The translations under genes were made by a program, and so were the position numbers. The notes below the pieces were generated by a model. That model was given only the letters and a program-made list of their open reading frames with translations. It ran no database searches and had not been told where the DNA came from. A DNA stretch of 64,000 bases from the human T2T-CHM13v2.0 reference genome, Homo sapiens, in assembly GCF_009914755.1 (NCBI RefSeq), contig NC_060928.1; one strand, given 5' to 3'. Shown here in pieces: positions 1 to 13,660 of the stretch (its first letter is position 1; each line of letters begins with the position of its first letter).

Positions 1-27
1 ATATGAACGCTGGGGAATTTGGAAATG

Positions 28-165
28 ATATATAATATATAATAATATATATAATAGATATATAATATATAATATATATAAAATAGATATATAATATATA
101 TAATAGATATATAATATATATAATAGATATATAATATATATAATAGATATATAATATATAATAAT
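28..165. repeat. AT-rich minisatellite, ~20-bp unit TAATAGATATATAATATATA
   Basis: Tandem units directly visible. Confidence 0.9.
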
Positions 166-200
166 TTTCCATGTGATTTTCCTCTTAATTTTTTTTCTAG

Positions 201-274
201 CTGATCCATATGAATTCCTCTTATTAAGAAAAATAAAGCATCCAGGATTCAATGAAGAACTATCACCTTGTTAA
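201..274 (+). pseudogene. Orphan terminal coding exon (x)DPYEFLLLRKIKHPGFNEELSPC*, resembling the alternative last exon of SEPT14-type pseudogenes
   Basis: CTTAAT, a T-tract and CTAG acceptor end at 200; the phase-1 frame is open to TAA at 272-274. The family call is from memory of the peptide and was not checked by search. Confidence 0.5.
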
Positions 275-1184
275 TCATTCAGAAACATGTTGCAGACTTA
301 AGCCATTTTTGATATAGATACTGAAACAATTACTTGCTAAGAGCAAACTTGAAGGTATGGATAAGGCCCTGAGTCATCTTCCTGAGCTGAATGATAGTTA
401 AGCTGAATGTACGTATAAAATATGATTTTCTAACCACTTACTCGCCAACAAGGAAAACTTTTAAGTAGAGCAGAACCTGAATAGACAAGACATTTCTTTC
501 TTTTGGTAGAAAATGATTTACCATCACTGTCTAGTTAATTGTAGACTAGGTAATTTTAACTTTGTGATTTATTGCCGGAGACATTTTCTTCTGTACTGTA
601 AAGTGTGTGTCAAAAAAAAAAATAGCGATTTTGGAGGATTAGGGGACTTTGATAAATTGCCTGCAATTCTGGCAGTATGAACTGCATATTAATTTTCTCT
701 TTCAAGAACATTTTTATTTATTAATTCCTTACAAAAACTCCCTAAACTTTGGAACAGCTCTCAATTGCCTGTATTCTTTTTTTTCTTATTATGGTACTCT
801 TCTAGAGATTTGGCTTGCATCTATGAATAAGCCAGGACATCTTCAGAAATTGTCTGATTAAAAACACCACCAATGGAATTTCATTAAATTTGTATTGCTC
901 TGACTAATGAAACACACACATCTATGTTGCTTAGGATATTTTACTGCAGTTTGAGTTGTAATAATAGCTCTGTTTAAGATCCATCAGTCACTTGAATCTT
1001 CTCTAAGGCTTTGTATGTTAGAAGTTAATTTGCTTTCTTACAAGGCCACATTCTATCTTGTAACTAAACAACTGAATTTTATGTCTTAGCGTAGATGGTT
1101 TATTACTTTCTGGTTTTTCTTTAGTAAGAATCCTATAAAAACACTAGTATTTTTCTCTGAGTTTAAAATTCAACACATGCCTAC

Positions 1185-1565
1185 TGATATGGTTAGGCTT
1201 TGTATCCCCACCTGAATCTCATCTTGAATTGTAATCCCCATAGCCCCCATAATCCCCACATGTTAAGGGAGAGACCAGGTGGAGGTAATTGAATCATGGG
1301 GGCAGTTTCCCCTGTGCTGTTCTTGTGACAGTGAGTTCTCACGAGATTTGATGGTTTTATAAGGGATTCTTTCCCCTTTGCTTGGCACTTCTTCGTGCTG
1401 CCTTGCGAAGATGCTGCCTTGCTTCCCCTTTGTCTTCCGCCATGATTGTAGATTTCCTGAGGCCTCCCAAGCTGTACTGAACTGTGAGCCAATTAAACTT
1501 CTTTCCTTTATAAATTACCCAGTCTTGGGCAGTTCTTTATAGCAGTATGAAAACAGACAAATACA
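1185..1565 (+). mobile_element. Solo MaLR LTR (THE1/MST family)
   Basis: Starts TGATATGGTTAGGCTTTG, ends AATACA; perfect 5-bp TSD CCTAC at 1180-1184 and 1566-1570. Confidence 0.9.
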
Positions 1566-2049
1566 CCTACTATGTAAAACTTAAAATAAAAAAAACCAAA
1601 ACATTATCTCACTAACATAGGAGCTAATATTTTGGTGTACTTTGTTTAGTGTTTTATATTAAAAATATGTACATATATATTTATATATAATTAAGAACAT
1701 GTATGTACAATCGTGCATACATCATGTACATACATCTACTTAAGAAAATAGCTATGTAATATACCATTACTCAACTAGATTATAATTTTTTCTCCATTTC
1801 TTTATTGTATGTTATTTATCATTTTCTACTTTTTTGTTTTCTCATTTTTATTGCATAATATTTAATTATGCAAAAAATACATTAAATACATAGAAAATAT
1901 ATAATGTAGCTATAAGAATAAAGAACGATGGTAAAACTAATGCTAATACCCACTACCTGACTTAAAGAATATGATACTATTTTTTTCCAATTGAAATCCC
2001 CTCAACTACTCAGAATTACTGCTATCCCTTTTATCCTTTCATTAATTTT

Positions 2050-3010
2050 CTTCTAGTTTTCTCACATGTGAATCTATTTCTAAATACATTTCTTTATTTT
2101 GCAAGTTTTTGGACTTCATATAAATGTAACCATATTGTATATATTCTTCTTCAGCTTCTTTTTCACTAAACAATATGTTTTGCTGATACTTACATTCATA
2201 TGTACAGTAATAGTTGATTTATTTTAATGGCTATATATTATTCCATTGTTAGAATACACCAGGATTTATTTTTACTTATTTTTTTTTGCTGGAAAATTGG
2301 GTCTTTTTTATTTTTTGATATAACAAACAATGTTGTAATCATTTTGTATTTACTTCCTAGTCCACTCCTGTAAGTTTCTCTTGAGTACATACTAGCAATG
2401 AAGATGCTGAGTCACTGCATATACATACTCACAACTTTATTCTATAAAGTAATATTCTATAAAGTAGCTGTATCAGTTTATACTTTAACCAGTAATGGAC
2501 AAGATTTTCTGTTACTTCCCATCTTTGTTAATTATTACTTTTAGACTCTAACTTTTATCAGGCTCATGGATGTAAAAAGCATCTCAGGGTGGTTTTAATT
2601 TGAATTTATCTGCTCATCTATGAAGATGAGCTTCTTTTCATATAATTATGAGTCATTTTTGTTTTGCCTTCTTTTGTTTATGCATTTTGCTTGTTCTATG
2701 TCTTATTTTTCCTGTTGATTTTTGAGAGTTCATATATATTCTAAATGTATATTTATTCACTCATATATATGTTGCAAGTATTACAGTTTATGATTTGTCA
2801 CCTTATGATATCATCCAAATAGAGAAGCTTTATATTTTGATGTAGTCATGTGTTCATTTTTCCTCCTTAATGTTTGTTTTTCTTGGTTCTATGACCTACC
2901 AAAAGTAACAAAAATTCTCATTTATTTTTAATCTAAATGTTTTAAGTATTTTCCTGGAATTCACCTTGAATTGATTTCTATTGGAGATAGGTATCCAATC
3001 TAATTTGCCT
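2050..3010 (-). mobile_element. Old L1M 3' fragment
   Basis: T-rich antisense L1 motifs (GGTTTTAATTTGAATTT, TATTCCATTG). Boundaries approximate. Confidence 0.6.
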
Positions 3011-3027
3011 CATTTGGATAACCACTT

Positions 3028-3516
3028 GTTCTATTACTGCTGTAACAAATTTCTACAAACTAAGTGACCTAAAATAACACAAACTTATCATCTTACAGTG
3101 TACACAAGTCAGAAATCAGGCATGAATTTTAGTGAACTAAAATCAAGTTGTCGACAGGCATGTTTCTTTCTGGCGGCTAGGGTAGAATCCATATCCTGGC
3201 CTTTTCTATCTTCTAGAGAACATCAGCATTCCTTTTCTCATTGCCTCTCCTCTCTCTTTTTAAAGCTGGCGATGTCACATTTCTCTGACCATTCTTTCAT
3301 TGTCACATCTCTCTCTGGACTCAGCTAAGAAAGGTTCTCCATTTTTAAGAACTCATGTGATTAGACTGGGCCCATCTGGATAACCCAGGAAGATCTCTCC
3401 ATCTCGGTTTGCATCCTTAATCACATCTGATAAGCCTTTATTGCATTCAGTGTAACATATTCACAGGTTCCAGGGTTAGGCATGGGCATCTTTGAGGGCT
3501 ATTATTCTCCCTACCA
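3028..3516. mobile_element. MLT1-type MaLR LTR
   Basis: CTATTACTGCTGTAACAAAT ... ATTCACAGGTTCCAGGGTTAGG ... CCTACCACA. Confidence 0.75.
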
Positions 3517-4099
3517 CATTATTTGCCTAGCATCTTTCATTACATTGTCCATCTATTTACTTACTGATTTCTAATGACATCCAAATCAGTTACAACATTT
3601 TATGTAAGCATTGTTTTTATTTTTATGTTATTCCACTAGTCTATTTTTCTACTCATGAATTATGGTACATGAGTTTATTTTTGCAACTTTAAGCTCAATA
3701 ACATGTTTTAAGATTTCCTCAACTTTCTTTTTCCACTTCTTCAGAAGTTGATTCTTTTGGCCCTTTGGTCTTCTATACACATTTTAGAAATGCTTTGTTG
3801 AGGACTAAGAGGAATGCTAAGATTTCGATAGGAATTTCATTGAATTTTGAGTATATTGCCATGCTACAATGGTTAGTGTTTTATACATGAAAATAATATA
3901 TCCCTTCCTTTTTTCCTAGTATCATGAGATGTTTGTTAGGCATGCATGAATATTGAGCTGTATCAAATGTGTTTTTCTGCATTATTGTGGTGGTGATGTG
4001 ATTTAGCTCCTTTAATTAGTTAATGTAATGAATTACATTTGTAGATTGCTCTAACTATTGAAACAAGCTTGAATTTCTGGAATAAGCCCAATGTGATAT

Positions 4100-4780
4100 T
4101 TATTCAACAAATATTCATTGAGTATACCTAGTATGTAACATGCTTTAAGAATACACCAGTGAACCAAACAGAAATATCTGACATTACAGAACTTAACATT
4201 CCAGTATTTGGAGACAGACGATAAAAAAGTGAACATGTATATTTACAGTTTGTCAAGGAATGATAAATGAAGACTCTTAAAGTAGATGGGGAATTGGGAG
4301 TGAAGTCTGTAATTTAAATAGGGTGGGCAGGAAAGCTTCACAGAGAATGGGACATTTAAGAATAGACTTGAAGGACAGGCAAGAGCAATCTCTATGTTTA
4401 TATGGGAGAAAAGGTTCCAGGCAGATGCAGTAACAATGGCAAATATCCTGAAGTAGGATCATGCTGGAGTTTTTGTGGAGCAGCAAGGAGGCTAGTGTGA
4501 CTGCCACAGAATCACCCAAGGGAAGATGAGAAGATCAGACCAGACCAGCACTTGGGCATCTAATGGGAAAAGTTTCTCAAGCCATCATAAAGATTTCATC
4601 TTTACTATAAATACTATGAGAAACCATGGGATGTTTTACAGTAAGAAAGGTGGCATAATATGTTACATGTTTTAAACAAACTCTATAGCTTCTGAGTTGA
4701 AATAGATTGTAGGGGCTCATGGCAGAAGCAGAGGGAACATTTAGGAGGCTACTGTAAAGAATATCATGAAAAGAACAAAC
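4100..4780 (-). mobile_element. L2 fragment
   Basis: TTCAACAAATATTCATTGAG start followed by a degenerate L2 body. Confidence 0.65.
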
Positions 4781-5043
4781 AACGCTATGTAACATGCTTA
4801 AATGGACTGAAGAAGATGAATGAAATCAAAATGATGTTACCTTCACACCTTGAATCAGTACAATAAACCCCCCTCCCCAATCACAAAAGAAAAACTAAAC
4901 ACAAAAACCAGGCTTTGGTTGCTCAGACAATTTTACAGGTGAGTTCTAGCAAACATGCAAAAAACGTTTAATTGCACTGTTACAGAAATTCTTCTGGAGA
5001 CAAGAAAATAAGGCACATCACCCAACTAATTTCATGATAACAA

Positions 5044-5553
5044 TGTCAATGTATAATAACAGAAAAAGTGGATCTCCAAAGAAATAAATTTATTTGGAAA
5101 TAAACAAGGATTACAATCTGAGATATTTGTGCTATGATCAATCATAGGTGCATCCCAAGAGGTTGAGGTAAGGAAAATATTTAAAGACAAAAAGAAGTCT
5201 ATGCAAGCTGTTTTGAAACAAACATCATTGGTCACAGGGCCTGATGCAGGAGCTGGTGTTAACTTACTGGCAGAAACAGCCATTGCTAGGCCAGTGTTCT
5301 TGTGAGGGTGGCTTATCTGAAATGCTGCAGTCTTGAGGAATTTTTTATGATAGGTCCTATTATAGAGACACCTACAGGATGAGCTGGACAAACAGAATGT
5401 GCTGGGTGGGCAGAAATTTCTTGTGAGTTTATAGAAAGTCCTTGTGATAGTGCTTATTGTGGACACACACACAAGATCCCCTTTTTCATGACTCGGCTCC
5501 ACTTTGCTTTGGGTCTGATGTAAGTGACTTTGCCTTGTCATTGGCAACTTTCA
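5044..5553 (-). mobile_element. ERV1 solo LTR (MER31/MER67-like)
   Basis: Reverse strand reads TGAAAGTTGCC ... AATAAA ... TTGACA, with TG...CA termini. Confidence 0.65.
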
Positions 5554-8323
5554 CTGTAGTATAATCTGCACATTAAAGTTACCTAACAATAGTACAAAGA
5601 AAGAAAATTAAAGGTATATCTCTTTCAAAAATATAAACCCCAAAATTGTTAGGAAATTGTAGTGAGTATAAAAGATAATTCATTATAATAGACATCTCAA
5701 GCTTCACAGAATTCTGACCTTTGCTACACTCTCATCCACAATCTTTTCTCCTAGTAAATGGCAGCTCCTTCTGTTAAGTTGCTGAGGCTTCTTATTGCTT
5801 TTTTCTTCAAATAACAGTCAGAACTGAACAACTGTAATCATCCTAGTCCATACAATTGTTACATTTTCATTTAAAGAAGATCAATGTGTGATTCTTTTTT
5901 TATATATTTCTGGACAATTCTTTATATTTTAATAGTCAGAATTTGATCAGGAAAACAGAAGACATCCTATGTATTATAATGATAAAAGTTTAACATTAAT
6001 TAGGGCCTTATGCTATTATTGGAAGAGCTTGGTGAATAGATATTAGAAAAGCAGCTAGACAAAATCAGAAGAAGTCTGTTTTATATCAGAGATCTTAGCC
6101 TGACAGTCTAGAGTGTGGGCACAGAACCCAAGCTTATAGGAATTTCTGAAAGGTCTGTAAATCTTATCCAGATGGACAGTGGGAGCTCATAAAGAATTCT
6201 GCAAGCCATCACATCTGTCAAACCTGCTATGTCTAATCCTTAAGCCTGCTTTATGTGAAGACCTCCTCTTCACTCCTCACTTCCAGCTCTCATGAGTTTC
6301 TTTCATAGGCAAACCCAAACCTGGAACAATGTGCCTGAAGACTTCGGGTGACACAGTACCCAGACTTAAATAGGAGGGGAGCCATGGTGGAAGTGGCCAT
6401 CCAGCACAATTTTCTTGGTCTTTACTCATAGTTTTGATTCCTTAAAAAAATTAACCACATTAAAATATGTGTTTCATAATCTACATCTAATAATACAAAT
6501 ATTTAAAGTCTTTTCAAGATTGAATATGCTACCCATGTTGCTGCTACCCCCATTTTGTGTGTGTGATTTTTGTGTGTGTGTTAGAAGCTCATGACCTTTG
6601 AAACCTGCTCTTGTGAGCTTGCTTTGATGATTTATTTGTCCAGAGAGGATTTTTTTCCTACCTGGCATTTTGGACTGCTATCAACCTGAGACCACTTTGA
6701 ATTAAATTCTCAGCTTGCAAATTTGGAAGCCACACAGATTGTGTGAGTTCAGGCTGAAACCTGTTTGAGAGCTGGATTCTGGCTATAAACTCTACAGGGA
6801 ACATTTTCTCTCTCCACTCAGAGCTGAGACCATAGGGAAATTTATTTGCTAGCTCTCTTTGCAGGTTTATTTTATTTATTTTTTTAATTTCTAGTACACG
6901 TGCTCACTGAAGGTGTAATACTTATGTGAGAATCTCAAAATCAGTTGTGTTCTTTGTATGACCCTGGTTTTGTTTCCTCCTGCTCTCTTACTTTCAGTGT
7001 GTCTCAATATGTCTGCTGATGCTATGGTCATCTTAAATTTCGACTGAGGGTGGATCTTCTTCCCAGCTCACTCACATGGTTCTTAGCTAGATTCAGTTTC
7101 TCTCCATTTGTAGGACTGAGGACCTCAGTTCTTCACTTAGGGTTGGCTACAGGCAATCATCAATTTCTTGTAACAGGACTTACACTGGGCCACTGACAGC
7201 ATGCCAGTTGGTTTTATTCAAATGAGAGTGCAAGAGAAAGAGAGAGAGGGAGAGGGCACAAGATGAAATTCACAGTATCTTATAATCTAATCTCAGAAGT
7301 GGCATCTCATTACTTTTGTTCTATTCTATTCAATAGAAACAAGTACCTGGGACCAGCTTATACTATAGGAAAGAGATTATATAAGGGTATAAATACCAAG
7401 AGGTAGAGATCATCAAGAGCCATTCTGGTAGCAGCCACAATATCTTATCCAGAATACTTCTTATTCAGGCCTTCAAATGTGCTGTCTTTTCTGGTCTAAT
7501 GGAAATGAACCTTCCTTCCATACAATTTCTTCTCCTAAATTGTACTCTGGCTCTCTTATCACATACAAATGTCTATGTTAGGTATTTGTGTCTGTCTTGA
7601 TTCTTGGTAGGCTTCTAAACTCTGTGAATGTTGGACTGTGATGTAGACATCATTTCACCGCACACTCTGTAACCACCAAACCTTAGCAGCTTATTCAGTA
7701 AGCACATACTTGGCTCTTAATGAGTATTGCTTAAATTGATGAATTGAATTAGTATTTTACCTTCTCTGTTGCTTAGCTAAGCAGAAGAATTTGTCATTTT
7801 TTTAATTTAGTGACTGGTTCTATTAAAAGTTACCTTTGTCTATATCATTTTGTTATACTAAAGCACAAATGTATAAGGTCAAAAAACATTCTCAAGATTT
7901 TGTTTAAACCACAGCCCTCAGTTGTGTATATTTATCTCTTGTTTTCATATGCAAGATTTCTCCTGAAATGGGCAACAATTACAAGAGTTTTTTCCCTCTT
8001 CTGAACGAAGAAAATAAATATTTAATTCACAAGTTTAGAAAAGTGAACCTGAAAAATCACAGGGCTAGGTGGGTTATGAGGCCTACTGGTACATGATAGT
8101 GTTGAATGTGGATTAGAATGAACTCTGTGGATTAGAATCTCAGACCATAGGCAAACATTTACTTGTTTTAGAATAAGCACATTTGAGTCTGCAATAAGTA
8201 TTACTATTTTTAAGTTGAAAATGTAATTGGTTTCTAATAATAACCATATTGGCTAGCATTATTTCAATCGTGTTTAATGTTTTCCAATGTCATTTCATGT
8301 GAGATATCTCTCTTGATTCTTAG

Positions 8324-8428
8324 TAACAATTTGGACAAGACAGCAAATGCTATTGTCAAAGTTTTCTAAAGAAGAATCTGAAGTGAAATGACATCAAGAG
8401 ACCTATCAAGACCTGTATCCAGGAAAAG
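8324..8428 (+). ncRNA. Candidate non-coding exon (105 nt)
   Basis: Acceptor TCTCTTGATTCTTAG and donor AAG|GTAAAT; no convincing ORF. Confidence 0.35.
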
Positions 8429-8524
8429 GTAAATCTGAGCTGAAATTGTATCCCTTGTAAATTACCTATGTGACATACCAGATAGTGTTCATGATCCATT
8501 TAGTACTCTGTTCTAAAAATGAGA

Positions 8525-9070
8525 CAATATCCATTTATTCACTTGTTCATTTATTTAGTGTTTGTTCAGCCCTTACTGCATATTCCAGGCACTATTCTGA
8601 CTGTGGCAGGAGTGAACAAACAGGCATGGTTCTTACTTGCATGTAATTACAGTCTTATAGTGAAAACAAGTGTTAAACAGCAAAATCTCCCAATTATTTT
8701 AAAATTATAAACTTGATTCGATACTCTGTGGCCATATAATTGTTCCTAATTTGGTTGGAGAAGGGAGGCAGTTAGGGAAGCCTTCCCTGAGTTGGTGCCA
8801 TTTAACCTGAATTATGATAGATGATAAGTAATTTGTCAGGGGAAAAATACTCCAGGAATAAAGAACAGGTACAAAGGTCAGGTTCTGGGAAGAGCTTGTC
8901 TTGGTCCAGGAACTAAAAAATGTTAGAGTGGCTGGATCTGGGAAGGAGACAAAAAGTTATTAAATGAGGCAGCAGGCTTCAGCAGGTGCCACATTGCTCA
9001 GGGCCTTGTAGGCCATGCTAAGGATTTGGATGTTAGTGTCAGTACAAACAATTGAGTCATAAGCAGAAAG
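8525..9070 (-). mobile_element. L2 fragment
   Basis: CATTTATTCACTTGTTCATT ... CCAGGCACTATTCT motif. Confidence 0.65.
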
Positions 9071-9716
9071 TAAAAGCATGATTCCATCAAATGTTTTTCT
9101 CTAAACAGTAATTTTATAAATACAGGTTAAATGTGTGTGGTCCCAGCTACTCAGGAGGTCCCAGCTACTCAGTATTCCTTTTCAACAAATATTAGGTGCC
9201 TACTATTAGCCAGGTACAGCCCTTAGCTACTTTGAATGAAGCATATATTACAAACTGGCAGAAATTCTTAAAGAATCTAAAGATTGTTTATACACCATAA
9301 TCTCGGTATTTTATAAATTTCTTGAAATTATTTTTATTTACACTGCTTTGCAGAATTTTAACTGGCTTTGAAATAAACAATGACAATAGTCCTCCATGTT
9401 ACTAGTTTCAAATTTTCCCAATACCTACTAAGACATTACTTAATCCACAGATTTATTGTCAATAGTTTGTATCAAATTGTGATAACATATTTGAAATTAA
9501 TATTTCAAATTAAAGCAAAATCACAAATTTATACTTTATATTATGAATGAGATTCACAAAAGGAGCATGATAATATATTCTGTTGTCATCGCATACAAAA
9601 TAATAACATATAGAGTATGAATCAATAATTTTTCAAATACAAAGCTATTACAATTAGGAATACAAAGAAATCATAATTAGGAATACTTCTACAATATTAA
9701 CACACAATAGTGGTAA

Positions 9717-10046
<330 letters not shown>

Positions 10047-10179
10047 AGTGGTGGGTCTCATATCTCAATGTGGACTTTTACTAACTCCTGATGCCTCAGT
10101 TTCCTCATCAGTTGAAAGGAATGAATGAAAGATATGTGTTTTTCATATTACCAGGTAGATGATAAGGAGATTTTAATTT

Positions 10180-11050
10180 TCTTTTTTTTTAACTTTTATT
10201 TTAAGTTTAGGGGCATTTTTTACATAGGTAAACTGGTGTCACAGGGGGTTATTGTACAGATTATTTCATTACCCAGGTATTAAACCTAGTACCCAATAGT
10301 TATCTTTTCTGCTTCTCTTCCTTTTCTCACCCTCCACCCTCAAGTAGACCCCAGTGTCTGTTTTATTCTTTGTGTTCATTAGTTCTCATCATTTAGCTCC
10401 CACTTATAACTGAGAGTATGCTGTATTTGGTTTTCTGTTCCTGCATTAGTTTGCTAAGGATAATAGAAGGTCCATCCATATTCCAGCAAAAGACATGATA
10501 TCATTTTTTAATGGTGGCATAGTATTCCATGGTGCATATGTACCACATTTTCTTTATCCAATCTGTCATTGATGGGCATTTAGGTTGATCCTATTCTTTT
10601 GCTGTTGTGAACAGTGCTGCAATGAACATTTATATGCATGTGTCTTTATGGTAGAATGGTTTATATTCATCTGGGTATATACCCAGTAGTGGGATTACTG
10701 GGTCGAATGGTAGCTCTGCTTTTAGCTCTTTGAGGAATCACTATTCTTTGCACAATGATTGAACTGATTTGCACACCCACCAACAGTGTATAAGCATTCC
10801 CTTTTCTCCATAGCCTCACTAGCATCTGTTATTTTTTGACTTTTTAATGATAGCCATTCTGACTGGTGTGAGATGGTATCTCATTATGGTTTTGATTTGC
10901 ATTTCTCTAATGATCAGTGGTGTTGAACTTTTTTTTTTGTATGTTTGTTGGCTGCATGCATGTATTCTTTTGAAAAGTGTCTGTTCATTCCCTTTGCCCA
11001 ATTTTAATGGGGTTGATTGTTTTTCTTTTGTAAATTTCTTTACATTTGAA
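10180..11050 (-). mobile_element. L1PA/L1PB 3' end with an ORF2 C-terminal remnant
   Basis: ORF 10819..11148 contains the L1 ORF2 motif [30 protein letters not shown]. Confidence 0.9.
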
Positions 11051-11114
11051 ATGTTTTTATTATTAAGTTGAGCTGCCTCATTCTTAGTATGGTTTTTCAC
11101 TTTAAAAAGCATAA

Positions 11115-11292
11115 GGGTGGACATGGTGGCATATGCTAGTAATCCCAACTACTGGGGAGACTAATACAGGAGGATTGCTTGAGCCCAGGAGTTCAAGGCT
11201 ATAATGTGCTATGATCATGACTGTGAACAACCACTGTACTGCAGCCTGGGCAGAGTGACATAGTGAAACCGCATCTCTAAAAAAAGAGAAAA
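11115..11292 (+). mobile_element. Alu monomer (FAM/FRAM-like)
   Basis: Single arm with GACTGTGAACAACCACTG and an A-tail. Confidence 0.8.
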
Positions 11293-11513
11293 TGTAATTT
11301 AAATCTTTAAATACCTATGTATATGTGTGTATATATGTATATATATTGCATATATGAAAAATGGTTTGTAGTTTCCATTCACAGCACATAGTAAAATGTC
11401 TTAACCTCCTCCCTCCTCCCTATGTGTGTTTTTCTAAGTGTGTGTCTTTTTTACCTTAATTTTTCTCTTAGTGTCTCATAGTCTTCCTAGGTCTCCCTCT
11501 TTCTTCTGTCTTT

Positions 11514-11553
11514 CACACACACACACACACACACACACGCACGCATACACACA
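11514..11553. repeat. (CA)n microsatellite
   Basis: Directly visible. Confidence 0.95.
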
Positions 11554-12557
11554 TGTACCTTGAAAAATAGCTTTTCTTTTTCTTAAAACTTCCCAAAGCT
11601 TTCATAAAATCAGCCCTCAGGCACTCTTACGTATCTCATCCACTCTTCTTCCTCTCTCCCCTTCCTGAAGCCATTTGTAACTTACTCTATTACACTAGGA
11701 AGGGGAAGCAAATATTCATATTATTTTCTTGTTATATCCTTAGCGTTACTAGACCTTTGTGGTTTCTATGGATGAGGGACATAATATTTATTGATTTATT
11801 CTAAACTTCAGTCACTCATACCCTTTTATTCCTCCTTCTTCTGTGATATTGGGAGTGTATAGTTGTCATTGTGACAAACCCTTTGCTGTCAGTATCTAAA
11901 GTGGATGGGGAGAAAAGGAGGGCTTTGCCAATCATCGTCTCCAGTGCATTTCCCACTGTCAGCGTCATTGTCTAATGCTGTTTGCATCCACACAGCCTAA
12001 GGGAACCGTTTAAGTGAGTGACTCCCTCCCTTCACTTCAGCCCATCATCACTTGAGCATTTCTCTCCCTTGAAAAAAGACAAGTGGTGCTTCTAAGACTT
12101 GAGTAATTCTGAATATAATTGAGGACTAGATGTTCCTGTTTTATATCCTACAGGGCTGGCATCTCTAATGCTGAAAGTACAACAAAGTGCAGTGGTAGTC
12201 ACTGAGTGTTCAGCCATGCTGGGTCATCAAAATAAAAGGAGATTGTCTTCCCATTCCTATCAATGACCTCATCTCTACCAGATATATAACTGGAAAAACA
12301 ATGCATTTGCTTAAACATCCACAGTGAGCCGCCACACTTGTTTGGTGTTGTGGGGAAATGATGGAGAAGCATCCTTGTTTATTAAGGATCCAATTTTGAT
12401 AGGCTGAGGCATATTTTTCCTCCCAAGTCTGCACATGGTCATGCATTAAATATTAATGAGCATCTTCTCTCTATCAGGCTTTGGGGGATATGTTCACCTC
12501 TTGGGAGGTGAACATGATAAATAAGATCCTTTCTCTCATGTAGCATTCTCTCCATTC

Positions 12558-12801
12558 TTTTTTTTTTTTTTTTTGATAGGGTTTTGATAGGGACTAGCTC
12601 TGTCACCTAGGCTAGAGTGCAGTGGTGCAAACATGACTCACTGCAGCCTTGACCTCATGGACTCAAGTGATCCTCAAGTGATCCTCTTGCCTCCACAACA
12701 TCCAGCTAACTTTTAAAAATTTTTTTGAAGAGAAGGTTTTGCCATGTTGCCTCAGCCTCCTGAAGTGGTGGGATTACAGGTGTGAGCCGCTGCACCTGGC
12801 C
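12558..12801 (-). mobile_element. Degenerate AluJ with internal deletions
   Basis: Poly-T and CACTGCAGCCTTGACC. Confidence 0.85.
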
Positions 12802-12829
12802 ACATTTTCTTTTCATTCTTATGGAAGGC

Positions 12830-13660
12830 AGTAGTCAGCAAAACAGTTAATCAATTGAGAATATATTAGGTTGTTATAGGAACCATGAAAAAATAAAATA
12901 GAGTGTGTGTAAAGAAGGCTTGATGGCCAGGAAGCTTTTACAGGGAAGTGACATTTGAACTGAGACCAAATACTTAAAGAAGCCAGTTCTTTGAAGAGTT
13001 GATGGGAAAGTATTCCAAGAAGTGGGAATGGCAAGGGGAAAGGACTTAAGATGTAACCTCAGAATGATTAAGGAGGAGCATGGTACAAGAGGATGTCAGA
13101 AACATAGCCAGGAAAGAGAGCTATGCTTAAGTATTAGGATTTTATTCTTTGCAAAGGAAAAGTCCATTGAAGCTTTAAAGCAAGGACCTAAGAGTTAACA
13201 TAATTTTTTAAGGTACCTTAAAAATTTTGCTGAATGAAGAATTCATTGAAGTGAGTCAGGAATGTATGATTTTGGACAACTGACACAATGCCTGAGGCAT
13301 AGTTTCTTCATATGGAAATTGGAGACAATGATCATATCTACCTTAGCAGATTATATAATGAATTATTTTCCTAGGGCTCCTGTAATAAAGTACCACAAAC
13401 TGGGTAACTTAAGCAACAGAAATTTATTGCCTCACAATTCTAGAGGTGAGAAGTCCAGATCAAGAAGCTGGCAGGGCTGGGCTGCCTGAAAAGGTGCTAA
13501 GGAAGGAACTGTTCCAGTCCTCTTTCTCTCCTTCCAGTAGTTCCTTGGCTTGTGACAGCACAGTGTCAATTCTCATATGGCATCCTCCCCGTGTGCCTGT
13601 CTCTATGTCCAAATCTCCCTTTTATTTAAGGACAGAGTCACAGTGGATTAGAACACCCCC
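12830..13660. mobile_element. L2, MIR and MLT1 fragments
   Basis: L2 body, then MIR core (GGCATAGTTTCTTCATATGGAAA), then MLT1 (GTACCACAAACTGGGTAACTTAAGCAACAGAAATTTATT). Confidence 0.65.

Noticed and set aside
5032-5547. Longest ORF in the track (171 aa)
   Set aside because: It lies almost entirely within a solo LTR, has a non-ATG start and shows no recognisable domain.
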